Below, one piece after another: positions 38,832 to 47,215 of a stretch of DNA of 64,000 nt. The first letter of the stretch is position 1. Each line of letters begins with the position of its first letter. Origin of the DNA: an uncultured Candidatus Binatia bacterium (GTDB taxonomy: Bacteria; Desulfobacterota; Binatia; DP-6). The position numbers were made by a program, and so were the translations under genes. The notes under the pieces were generated by a model. The model was not told the origin of the DNA. It saw only the letters and a list, made by a program, of their open reading frames with translations, and made no database searches. The DNA lies in NCBI GenBank assembly GCA_964404165.1, contig CAYOIZ010000003.1:116940-180939 (forward strand). The letters run 5' to 3'.

Positions 38832-39776
38832 GTGTGGTACACACCCGCCGTGCCCGAGCCTTGGAAACCGCCCCGCGTGGTGTCGATGCTGCCCGCGGCC
38901 ACGGAGATCATCGCCGCGCTCGGCATGGTCGACGCGCTCGTCGGCGTCAGCCACGAGTGCGACTTTCCGCCCGAGGTACAGGGCAAGCCGCGCATCACGC
39001 AGTGCGAGATCCACGGCAATGCGCTCCCGAGCGACGAGATCGACGCCTGGGTGACGAGCCAGCTCGCCGGCGCCGGCACGCTCTACACCATGGACGAGCC
39101 GATGCTGCGCCGGCTCGCGCCCGACGTCATCGTCACGCAGCGCCTGTGCGACGTGTGCGCCGTCGGCTGGGAGACGGTGAACGCGTTCGCCGCCACCCTG
39201 CCCGGCCCGCCCGTCGTCGTGAACCTCGAGCCGCAGACGCTGGCCGAGGTGTTCGGCGACGTCCGTCGCGTCGGTACGGCGCTCGGCGTTGCCGCGCGTG
39301 CCGAGGCGGTGGTGGCGGCGCTCGAGGCGCGCATCGACGCCGTGCGCGCACGGGTCGCCGGGGCGCCCCGTCGCCGCTGCGTGCTGCTCGAGTGGATCAC
39401 GCCGCCGTATCGCAGCGGGCACTGGGACCCCGAGCTGGTGGAGATCGCCGGCGGTCACGATCCCGTCGGTCGAGCGGGCGAGGACGCCGCCGCGGTGCCG
39501 TGGGAGGCGATCCGCGACGCCGCGCCCGAGGTGCTGGTCGTCGCGTGCTGTGGCTTCGACGTCGCTCGGACGCGACGCGACCTGCCCGCGCTGCGTGCCT
39601 ATCCCGGTTTCGACACGCTCCCGGCCGTCCGCAACGACGAGGTCTGGCTGGTGGACGGCTCGGCGTTCTTCAGCCGTCCGGGGCCGCGGCTGGTCGACAG
39701 CCTCGAGATACTGGCGCGCCTGATCCATCCCGAGCGCGACGACACGCCGCTGCCGCCGGGCGTCGAGCGCATGTGA
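38832..39776 (+). CDS. periplasmic-binding-fold protein, BtuF/FecB-like (cobalamin/siderophore-binding family), no signal peptide
   Basis: PF01497-like N-terminus (RVVSMLPAATEIIAALGMVDALVGV). GTG start with a GGAGGG RBS 5 nt upstream. Confidence 0.7.
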   Translation: MWYTPAVPEPWKPPRVVSMLPAATEIIAALGMVDALVGVSHECDFPPEVQGKPRITQCEIHGNALPSDEIDAWVTSQLAGAGTLYTMDEPMLRRLAPDVIVTQRLCDVCAVGWETVNAFAATLPGPPVVVNLEPQTLAEVFGDVRRVGTALGVAARAEAVVAALEARIDAVRARVAGAPRRRCVLLEWITPPYRSGHWDPELVEIAGGHDPVGRAGEDAAAVPWEAIRDAAPEVLVVACCGFDVARTRRDLPALRAYPGFDTLPAVRNDEVWLVDGSAFFSRPGPRLVDSLEILARLIHPERDDTPLPPGVERM

Positions 39777-39781
39777 CGTGC

Positions 39782-39866
39782 GGCCTGCAACGGAGTCGTG
39801 CAAGGACGCACGCATCCGTTACGACGGAAGTTGCAGGCCTGCGCACCGGCACACGCCTGATTTTTG
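39782..39866 (+). terminator. hairpin structures after BtuF-like gene stop (10-bp inverted repeat GGCCTGCAAC/GTTGCAGGCC; second short stem followed by ATTTTT)
   Basis: Perfect 10-bp inverted repeat arms at 39782-39791 and 39830-39839. A CAGGC...GCCTG stem follows at 39834-39859, then a T-run at 39861-39865. Confidence 0.3.
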
Positions 39867-39875
39867 CGAATTCTG

Positions 39876-39904
39876 TTGACGCCAAGCGTGCTTAGGCCGT
39901 AGTT
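39876..39904 (+). promoter_or_regulatory. candidate promoter for sulfatase-like gene (possibly leaderless transcript)
   Basis: TTGACG (-35), a 17-nt spacer and GTAGTT (-10), ending 9 nt before the ATG at 39914. Confidence 0.25.
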
Positions 39905-39913
39905 TCGCCGGCC

Positions 39914-42187
39914 ATGCCGAGGGCCGCGCGTCTCTTCGAGCTTTCCGTCACCATACTTTCCCTGCTTGCCGGCATCCTCCTCGGCCCGGGCGAGTCCAGT
40001 GCCCGCATCCAGTGGGATCGCGCCCTGCTCGGCTGCGAGCCCCCGGCGGTCTTCTACTCGAGCCGCCACGTCCCCGGAACGCGCCCGTGCTGTCCGTCGG
40101 TCGCGGGCGTCTGTGCCGGCGGCGTCACCTGTCCACCGAGCGGCGTGTGCGCCGGCGGCGGGGCCTGCACGCCGGGCGCGCCCGCAACGCGCCCGAACAT
40201 GGTGCTCATGATCTCGGACGACCAGGGCGCGTGCCAGTTCGGCAGCGCACAGGAATGTCGGAGCGCCGTGTCGGGCACCGCGATTCCCGCGCCGTCGACG
40301 CCCAACCTCGATCTGCTCGCCGGCTACGGCACCGTGTTTCCCGTGGCGCACAACACGTCGTCGTGGTGCTTTCCGTCCCTCTTCAGCATCGTCACCGGCC
40401 GCTACCAGCGCAGCATGGAGGGCGTCGCCAAACCCGCCGACACCTTCGGCTCCATCGCCCGCACGCTGCGCCGCCTGGACGGCACCCCCACGGACCCGTA
40501 TGACGCGCGTAACGGCGTCGGTGGCTACTGCACCTTCCTGAGCGGCAAGCTCACCGATCGGCTCGGCGATCCCGAGTTCCACGCCTATGCGCGCACCGGC
40601 AACCGGGCCATCGGCCGCACGCAGTGCATCGCGGGCGACCCCGGACAGCCACCCCGCTGCGGCAGCGAAGCCCAGAGCACCTACGAGCCGACGAAGATCT
40701 TCCGCGGTAGCGACATCTTCGAGTTCCTCGACACCCTCCTCTACCGCGTTCCCGAGGTCGAACCGGCGACGTTCACCTCGCTGCCGTTCTTCGTCTGGTA
40801 CGCGCCGCGCATCCCGCACCAGCCGCTGCGCTCCCCGAACGTCATCCGACAGTACCTTTTCGGCGGTGGTCCGACGTATCCACTCGGCGGCCTGTTCGAT
40901 CTCGGCGCCTTCTGCAGTGGGGCCAGCTGCCCGGCCGGCGTGCGCGCCTTCGACGAAGCCTCGTTCGGCGACGTGCACGAGCTCGATGGCAACCTCTGGT
41001 GGATGGACGACAGCGTGCGCGAGATCCGCAAGTACCTCGCGATGCAGTCCGCCCCGCACTGCATCACGAACGGCGGCAAGAGCCGCTTCGACGTGGCGAC
41101 ACCCGAGGCCTGCAACGGAACCTGGGCGGAGACCGTCACGCCCGACCTGTCGCGCAACACCATCTTCATGTTCCTCTCGGACAACGGCTGGCACCTCCCC
41201 GACTCGAAGCACTCCTTCACCGAGAACGGGACGCGCACGCGCATGATCGTGTTCGATCCACGGACGTTGCCACGAGTGCCGTCGTGGAACCCCCAGGCCG
41301 AGGTCACGCCGCCGCCACAGGAGAGCCCGGCACTGGCGCATTCGGTGGACATCTTCGCGACCACCGTCGGCTTCGCACTCGACTCGCCCGGGCCCGAGCC
41401 CTGTCCGCAGGCCGCGGACGGGAGCGGCCGGTGTGACGGACGCGACCTCCGCGCCCATCTCGTCACCGCGCCCGGAGGCCCGGCCGCACCCGAGACGCTG
41501 CGCCACGCGATGTGCGGGCATCAGACCCAACGCACGACGTCGCCGACGAAGAACCGCTACCTCATCACCCGCCCCGGCAGCGTCGGACGCTGCACCGATC
41601 TCGGCGCCGCAGCGTGTACCGCCGACGCCACCTGTGGCGCCAACGGCTTCTGTCTGGGCGGCCACTGCGCACCGCGCGCGGAGCCGGCCTGCACGACGAG
41701 CAGCACCTGCCCGTCCGGCGCCGTCTGTCTGGCTGGCCAGTGCCGCGCGGCGCCCGCCTGCCTCGAGGATGGCGATTGCGCGTCGCTCTTCCCGGGACGC
41801 AACACGGCCTGCGTGGCGAAGGATCGGAAGTGGTGCCGCAATTCGCCGGGGACGGCGTGCTCGGCGCACGCCGACTGTCCCCCCTGTGCACCGGGCGAGC
41901 CCGCGTGCTCGCGGCTCTGCGAAGCACGCCAGCTGAAGTTCTACGTCATCGCGGGCGCCAGGGACCTCCAGATGACCGACCTCTTCCTCGACCCCGACGA
42001 GAACGGGCTGCACAAGGGCGATCGGCGCTCGCTGACGTACGAGCTGTCGCGCCTCACGGGCCCGTATGGCTCGGCGATGCGACGCGCCAACTGCTGCATG
42101 GACGACTGGTGGCCGGAGGCCGGCAACCTCGGCACGGCCTGCACGGCCGGCTACGCCTGCCCGGCCGACCTGACCTGCAACCAGTAG
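39914..42187 (+). CDS. sulfatase-like (alkaline phosphatase superfamily) secreted protein with Cys-rich N- and C-terminal extensions
   Basis: Sulfatase N-terminal blocks (MVLMISDDQG; TPNLDLLAGYGTVFPVAHNTSSWCFPSLFSIVTGRY). The CxPxR signature is degenerate (CFPSL). Many Cys residues in the flanking regions. Confidence 0.65.
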   Translation: MPRAARLFELSVTILSLLAGILLGPGESSARIQWDRALLGCEPPAVFYSSRHVPGTRPCCPSVAGVCAGGVTCPPSGVCAGGGACTPGAPATRPNMVLMISDDQGACQFGSAQECRSAVSGTAIPAPSTPNLDLLAGYGTVFPVAHNTSSWCFPSLFSIVTGRYQRSMEGVAKPADTFGSIARTLRRLDGTPTDPYDARNGVGGYCTFLSGKLTDRLGDPEFHAYARTGNRAIGRTQCIAGDPGQPPRCGSEAQSTYEPTKIFRGSDIFEFLDTLLYRVPEVEPATFTSLPFFVWYAPRIPHQPLRSPNVIRQYLFGGGPTYPLGGLFDLGAFCSGASCPAGVRAFDEASFGDVHELDGNLWWMDDSVREIRKYLAMQSAPHCITNGGKSRFDVATPEACNGTWAETVTPDLSRNTIFMFLSDNGWHLPDSKHSFTENGTRTRMIVFDPRTLPRVPSWNPQAEVTPPPQESPALAHSVDIFATTVGFALDSPGPEPCPQAADGSGRCDGRDLRAHLVTAPGGPAAPETLRHAMCGHQTQRTTSPTKNRYLITRPGSVGRCTDLGAAACTADATCGANGFCLGGHCAPRAEPACTTSSTCPSGAVCLAGQCRAAPACLEDGDCASLFPGRNTACVAKDRKWCRNSPGTACSAHADCPPCAPGEPACSRLCEARQLKFYVIAGARDLQMTDLFLDPDENGLHKGDRRSLTYELSRLTGPYGSAMRRANCCMDDWWPEAGNLGTACTAGYACPADLTCNQ

Positions 42188-42188
42188 C

Positions 42189-43589
42189 TCAGCCGCCCTG
42201 CGGGGCGGGCTGCGGTGCGGCGAGCGGTGCCAGCACGGGCCGCCGTCGCATCAGCACGAGCACCGGAATCAGGATGGCGGCGGTGAGCTCGAGCCAGAAC
42301 AGCTCGAGGAACGCCAGCTCGTTGGCGGACGCCGCCGGCGTCCCCGTGGCGAGGAGACGTTCGGTGCGCACCTGCAGATACGCGTCGAGTCCCGCCACGC
42401 CGAGCGCGTAGCCGAGCTGCTGGCTCAGCACGAACAGGCCCGACGCCGCCCCCACCTGCTCCGGCGCGAGCGACCGGAACGCCATCGTCGCGAGCACGGC
42501 CGTCAGGATGCCGAAGCCGACGCTGCTCACCACCGCCGGCCAGATGGCCCCGAGCGGGGTCAGCCCCGGCGTGTAGAGGGTGAAGCCGAGCTTGCCCACG
42601 CCGAGCAGGAGCAGACCGGTGGCGAAGACCACGAACGGTCGCGTCCGGCCGAGCGCGGGGCCGGCGATCATCAGGCCGGCCATCAGCCCGACGCTTCCGA
42701 ACGCACCACGCACGCCGAGGAAGGTGGCGTCGAAGCCGAGGACGCTGCCCAGCATCGCCGGCTGGAAGAACGCGGTCGAGAACGCCCCGATGCCGAAACA
42801 CAGGACGGCCACCGTGGCGAGATCGCGACTCGCGAACGGACGCAGGTCGACGATGGGCCGCGGCGTCCGCCGCGCGTGCCGCGCGAAGACGCAGAGGCCG
42901 ATGAGGGCGACCACCGGCAGCACGAACACGCTCGGCGTCTTGTGCCAGTCGACGTTGTCTCCGATGTTGAGGAACACGCCGAGCGCCAGGATGCCGGTGC
43001 CGAACGTCGCGAGCCCCCACCAGTCGACGGCGACGGCGCGCGGCGAGCCCACCGGTGCTTCGCGGCGCACGAGCGGCAGCGTCACGATGCCGATCACGAT
43101 GGCCGGCGCGAAGATCCACGGCCAGGAGAAGCGCGTGCAGAGCCAGCCGCCGAGCAGCGCGCCGATCAACGCGCCCGCGGTGCCGCCCGCACCCCAGATC
43201 GCCATGCCCGTTCCACGTCGCGACCCCGTGAAGCGCGCGACGACGAGCGTCTGCGTCGCCGGCAGGAGGGGCGCCGCGAACAGGCCCAGCACGAAGAGCA
43301 GCCCGACGAGCGGCAGCAGCCCGCGCGCCATCGCCGCCAGGCCCGAGGCCACGATCGTGCCGGCGATGCAGGCGACCAGCAGCCGTCGCGGCCCGAAGCG
43401 CTCCATCAGGAACGCCGTCAGCGGCGTCGTGCACACGGTCGCGATCAGGTACGCGTCCGCGAGCCACATCACTTCCGCCGGCGACACGCCGAGCGCCACG
43501 CCGATGGCCGGCAGGGTCACGCCGACGGCCGCGATGTTCAGCGTCGTCAGCATGTTCACGAGCAGGATCAGTCCGACGGCAGGTCCCAT
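42189..43589 (-). CDS. MFS transporter, DHA2-like (14 TMS)
   Basis: Fourteen hydrophobic segments and MFS motifs. Its 5' end overlaps the upstream cytochrome gene by ~20 nt. Confidence 0.8.
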   Translation of the reverse strand: MGPAVGLILLVNMLTTLNIAAVGVTLPAIGVALGVSPAEVMWLADAYLIATVCTTPLTAFLMERFGPRRLLVACIAGTIVASGLAAMARGLLPLVGLLFVLGLFAAPLLPATQTLVVARFTGSRRGTGMAIWGAGGTAGALIGALLGGWLCTRFSWPWIFAPAIVIGIVTLPLVRREAPVGSPRAVAVDWWGLATFGTGILALGVFLNIGDNVDWHKTPSVFVLPVVALIGLCVFARHARRTPRPIVDLRPFASRDLATVAVLCFGIGAFSTAFFQPAMLGSVLGFDATFLGVRGAFGSVGLMAGLMIAGPALGRTRPFVVFATGLLLLGVGKLGFTLYTPGLTPLGAIWPAVVSSVGFGILTAVLATMAFRSLAPEQVGAASGLFVLSQQLGYALGVAGLDAYLQVRTERLLATGTPAASANELAFLELFWLELTAAILIPVLVLMRRRPVLAPLAAPQPAPQGG

Positions 43590-46126
43590 CGATTCCACCG
43601 GTTGCGGCCGCGGCCGCGGCGCTCGCGCGCATCGCTGGCGACCCGGAGCGTCCAACCCTCGGTCGGTTCGCCGTCGAGATCGAGGCGGCTCGCGATGTAG
43701 AAGAGGCGCTGCGTCTCCGGCCCCTGCGCCGTGACGAAGCGGTCGCGCAGGTAGTACGGCGGGATGGCCTGGTAGTGGACGACCGCGCGGACGCGCGCGG
43801 CACGACGGACGAAGCGCAGCGGGATCTGGTAGAGCACGTCGTCGGTGCCGCTGCCGTCGAAAAACGACGGGTCGCTGGTGCCGACCGGCTTGGTCTCCTC
43901 GGCGAACTGCTTCGTCACGGACCAGCCCATCGGTTCGAGACGGTTGTCCTTCACCTGCTGCTTCAGGGCGAGGAAGCTGGTGGTGAGATTGCCCTGGTCG
44001 TCGAGGTGACGATCCTCGAAGATCTGCACCTGGTTCTCGTCGGTGATGACGTCGTGATGCGGCTCCCACTCGGTGCGGCTGAACTCGGTCGGGAGCGGAT
44101 TGCCGTCGCGGTCGACGATGACGCCGAGCGGATTCGTCCGCCCCGAGCCCCACAGCACGCGGCCGCGACGATCCTCCACCACCACCTCGACGAAGGCGCG
44201 CCGGAAGCCGACGCCCGACGGGAAGCGATGCCCGGCCTTGTTCGTCACCCGGACCGCCACCTCGAGGTGCGCGGGCGTCCTGCCGCTGCGGCGCACGCGA
44301 CGGAGCGAGCGCAGCTCCACCGTCGCGGTCTCCTGCGTGGCGATGCGCGCGGCCTGATCCTGCGCCAGCAGCAGGCTCATCGCGGGGTTCTCGCTGGTGG
44401 CGATGTTGCCGTCGACCGGCGTCACGCCGAGCAGGTCCGAGAACTGCTGGAACATCTCCATGACGAAGAGGTTGATGCCCACCAGCAGGTGGCGCGCGTA
44501 GCCGTCACGCACCGGCAGCGTGACCTCGGCGTCGGGCGCGGCGTGCTCGAAGTACGGGTAGCGGTCGTCCTGGATGTTCGCGATGCGAAACGCGAGCGGC
44601 TGCGCGGGGTCGTCGAAGTGCCCGGGCATGTGGCAGTCCTGGCAACTCTTGAAGGTGCCGGGCTCGGAGAAGACGCTGTTCACCCACTCGAGGTAGGTGG
44701 TCTGCTCGTGCGCCGTCGGCGCCGACGCCATCTGCGCCGGCGTGTAGGGCTGGCCGACGTCGAGGATCGGCGTGAACACGGTGTGACACGAGCCGCACAG
44801 CGCCGAGTCGCCCATCTGGGTGCCGAGCGTCGGGGTCACACCCACCGCCTGCTGCATCGCGTACGGCAGCGGGTCGTCGTACTGGCCGTAGAGCTCGTCG
44901 GCCGGACCGAGGAGGAACTGGCCGGTGAACGTCGACGGATCGCCGAGCCCCTCGGCGGCGACGTGATGGCACGACGCGCACGACACGCCGTCGCGCGCGA
45001 GCGCGGCATAGGGCGCCATGGGATCGTCGCCGGTGGCGTAGGTGGCGGCGAGCGACATCAGACCGGTGCCGCCGGTGTCGAGCGCCAGCTGCCGCTTCCC
45101 CATGACGCCGTGGCAGGTCATGCAGAAGTTGTCGATCGAGTCGCCGAGCTCGGGGTGCAGCGCGCGCTCCGATTCGAGCTGGGCGCGGAACACCGGGTCG
45201 CGTCCGGCGAGCCCCATGAGCGACGCGCTCCACTCGCCGTAGGGCGACAGGTTCAGGTTCTGGCCGTCCACCTGGTGCATCATGTTCGGGTAGAGGCCGT
45301 GCAGCAGCGAGTCGGCGTCGTGGCAGCCGCCGCAGACGTCGGAGGTGACGAACGGCTTCCGCTCCGCACCCGGCACCGGCACGACGTGATCGTTGCTCTG
45401 GGACGGCAGCGGCAGCGCCGTCGCCGGCGGCACGATCTCGGAGAAGAGCGCCACGAACGACGGATCGGGCACCGGCAGCGGATCCGGCAGGTTCACCGGG
45501 ACGTAGGGCGGCACGTGCGGTCCCGGCGGCGGCATGGCGCCGTTCGGGCCGGTGTCGATGTCGCCGTACGTGACGATCGGGCCCGTGACGTTCGAGATGC
45601 TCGCGAACAGGAGGTGCTCGTTGTCGGCGGCGGCGTGGCACGCCACGCAGTACGGCAGGAACGTCTCACCCGAGTCGTAGGACGGATCGTGCGCGTCCAC
45701 GTAGGCCCAGTACCAGCCGTCGCGCGACGCGCTGCCGTCGCGGAGCATGATCGTCCAGCCTCCGAGCGCGGTCGGATCGGTGGAGCCGGGACCGTCGTAC
45801 TGCTCCTTCACGACGACGGTGCCGTCGGGGAACGACTGGCCGGGCGGGCGCCCGTCCATCAGCCACTGGAAGACGTCGGGCGGATAGTGCACGCGGACGT
45901 CGCCGTGCACCGAGAAGTACGTGCCGTCGACGATGGGGCCGGTGGCGCGGACGCGCAGATCGGCCATCCAGCCCGCTTCCTCGTAGCAGCGGCTCTCGAG
46001 GAACGGCCGCAGGGCCTCGGTCGAGGGCGCGAGCGGCGTGGCGCAGTCGTAGGCGTTCGCCCCGACCACCGGCGCACTCACGAGCAGCAGCCAGGTCAGG
46101 ATTCCGACACTCCGGGTGGTAGGCAT
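43568..46126 (-). CDS. secreted multiheme c-type cytochrome with N-terminal cytochrome P460-like domain (6 CxxCH)
   Basis: Signal peptide. The P460 family block aligns with N. europaea CytL (FPDGTVVVKE...GWYWAYVD...YCVACHAA). Five further CxxCH motifs follow (CGGCH, CMTCH, CASCH, CGSCH, CQDCH). Confidence 0.75.
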   Translation of the reverse strand: MPTTRSVGILTWLLLVSAPVVGANAYDCATPLAPSTEALRPFLESRCYEEAGWMADLRVRATGPIVDGTYFSVHGDVRVHYPPDVFQWLMDGRPPGQSFPDGTVVVKEQYDGPGSTDPTALGGWTIMLRDGSASRDGWYWAYVDAHDPSYDSGETFLPYCVACHAAADNEHLLFASISNVTGPIVTYGDIDTGPNGAMPPPGPHVPPYVPVNLPDPLPVPDPSFVALFSEIVPPATALPLPSQSNDHVVPVPGAERKPFVTSDVCGGCHDADSLLHGLYPNMMHQVDGQNLNLSPYGEWSASLMGLAGRDPVFRAQLESERALHPELGDSIDNFCMTCHGVMGKRQLALDTGGTGLMSLAATYATGDDPMAPYAALARDGVSCASCHHVAAEGLGDPSTFTGQFLLGPADELYGQYDDPLPYAMQQAVGVTPTLGTQMGDSALCGSCHTVFTPILDVGQPYTPAQMASAPTAHEQTTYLEWVNSVFSEPGTFKSCQDCHMPGHFDDPAQPLAFRIANIQDDRYPYFEHAAPDAEVTLPVRDGYARHLLVGINLFVMEMFQQFSDLLGVTPVDGNIATSENPAMSLLLAQDQAARIATQETATVELRSLRRVRRSGRTPAHLEVAVRVTNKAGHRFPSGVGFRRAFVEVVVEDRRGRVLWGSGRTNPLGVIVDRDGNPLPTEFSRTEWEPHHDVITDENQVQIFEDRHLDDQGNLTTSFLALKQQVKDNRLEPMGWSVTKQFAEETKPVGTSDPSFFDGSGTDDVLYQIPLRFVRRAARVRAVVHYQAIPPYYLRDRFVTAQGPETQRLFYIASRLDLDGEPTEGWTLRVASDARERRGRGRNRWNRWDLPSD

Positions 46127-46169
46127 CCCGGAGCATGTATCGGTCGACCCGGCGCCGACCTTGATGCGG

Positions 46170-46535
46170 TCAGACGAAGGTGCGCAGAGCCCACCATCCG
46201 AGCAGCGCCACCACGGCACCGATGCGGACGGTGTCGGAACGTACCGGCCGGACAGCGGCGGGCAGGAACGCCGCGCCCACCGCCCACAGCGCCACCGGCA
46301 GACCGAAGGGATGCTGGCGCAGCGACGCGCCGACGTGGCCCTCCGCCAGCAGGGCCAGCGATCGCGTCATGCCGCAGCCGGGGCAGTCGTGGCCGGTGAG
46401 CGCATGCACGGGACAGAGCGCGGGCAGCCGCGGCAGCACGGCGGCGACGTCCCACGCCCCGAGCGCGTGGCCGGCGGCGGCGACGCCGAAGACGGCCACG
46501 CCGGCGCGGAGCAGGCTACGCGTCGAACCAGGCAT
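46170..46535 (-). CDS. DUF2752 domain-containing membrane protein
   Basis: CPxxxLTGxDCPGCGMTR motif. Confidence 0.75.
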   Translation of the reverse strand: MPGSTRSLLRAGVAVFGVAAAGHALGAWDVAAVLPRLPALCPVHALTGHDCPGCGMTRSLALLAEGHVGASLRQHPFGLPVALWAVGAAFLPAAVRPVRSDTVRIGAVVALLGWWALRTFV

Positions 46536-46896
46536 TGATCTCGCTCTGCTGGATGGCGTCGGCAACGAGCACGAGGCCGAACACCGAGAGCAGGAGGCTG
46601 ATCAGCGCCAGGTTCTCGTTCGGCGGCCGCCCGACGCGCGTGTTCACCTCGGTGATGACGAGGCCCATCCGGTACTGCGTGTACACGTGGTAGATGCCGC
46701 ACGTGATCAGCGTCAGGAGGAACCACGTCCAGAAGCGGAACTCCTCCTTGCCGATGAAGGCGTTGAGCGCCCGGAACTGCCGCGCCTGCCAGAAGAGGTT
46801 GTAGATGCCGCAGGTGACGATCGACAGGATGATGTCCGTGGGGATGCTGCTGGCCGCATCCTCACGCGCGATCGGGTACGTCCGTGTGTCCGCCAT
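46516..46896 (-). CDS. DUF4234 domain-containing membrane protein
   Basis: Duplicated TCGIYxxxW motifs in TM segments. Overlaps the DUF2752 gene start by 20 nt. Confidence 0.7.
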   Translation of the reverse strand: MADTRTYPIAREDAASSIPTDIILSIVTCGIYNLFWQARQFRALNAFIGKEEFRFWTWFLLTLITCGIYHVYTQYRMGLVITEVNTRVGRPPNENLALISLLLSVFGLVLVADAIQQSEINAWFDA

Positions 46897-46935
46897 CCGG
46901 CTTTCTAACCCAGATGACGACGGCGTCCAAATCGT

Positions 46936-47127
46936 TCAGTCGCGCAGCGACAGGGCCTGACGGGGGCAGCGGCGCACCGCCAGCTCCACCTTCGGGCGCT
47001 GCGCGTCGTCGATGGACTCGACCAGCACGCGCGCGAGGTCGTCGTCCCCGACGACGAACACCTCGGGGGCGACGTTCATGCACACGGCGTTGCCTTCGCA
47101 GAGAGCGGTATCGACGACGACTCGCAT
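46936..47127 (-). CDS. ferredoxin (P450-associated, single cluster)
   Basis: 64-aa product (MRVVVDTALCEGNAVCMNVAPEVFVV...) typical of Fdx partners of bacterial P450s. Confidence 0.75.
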   Translation of the reverse strand: MRVVVDTALCEGNAVCMNVAPEVFVVGDDDLARVLVESIDDAQRPKVELAVRRCPRQALSLRD

Positions 47128-47215
47128 GGCCTCATCTGCAGCGAGCGACGGCCGCCCGTCAAGCCGAGCGCGTCGGCTTGACAGCCCGAAGCGGCGCACC
47201 CTATGGCCACGGGCG

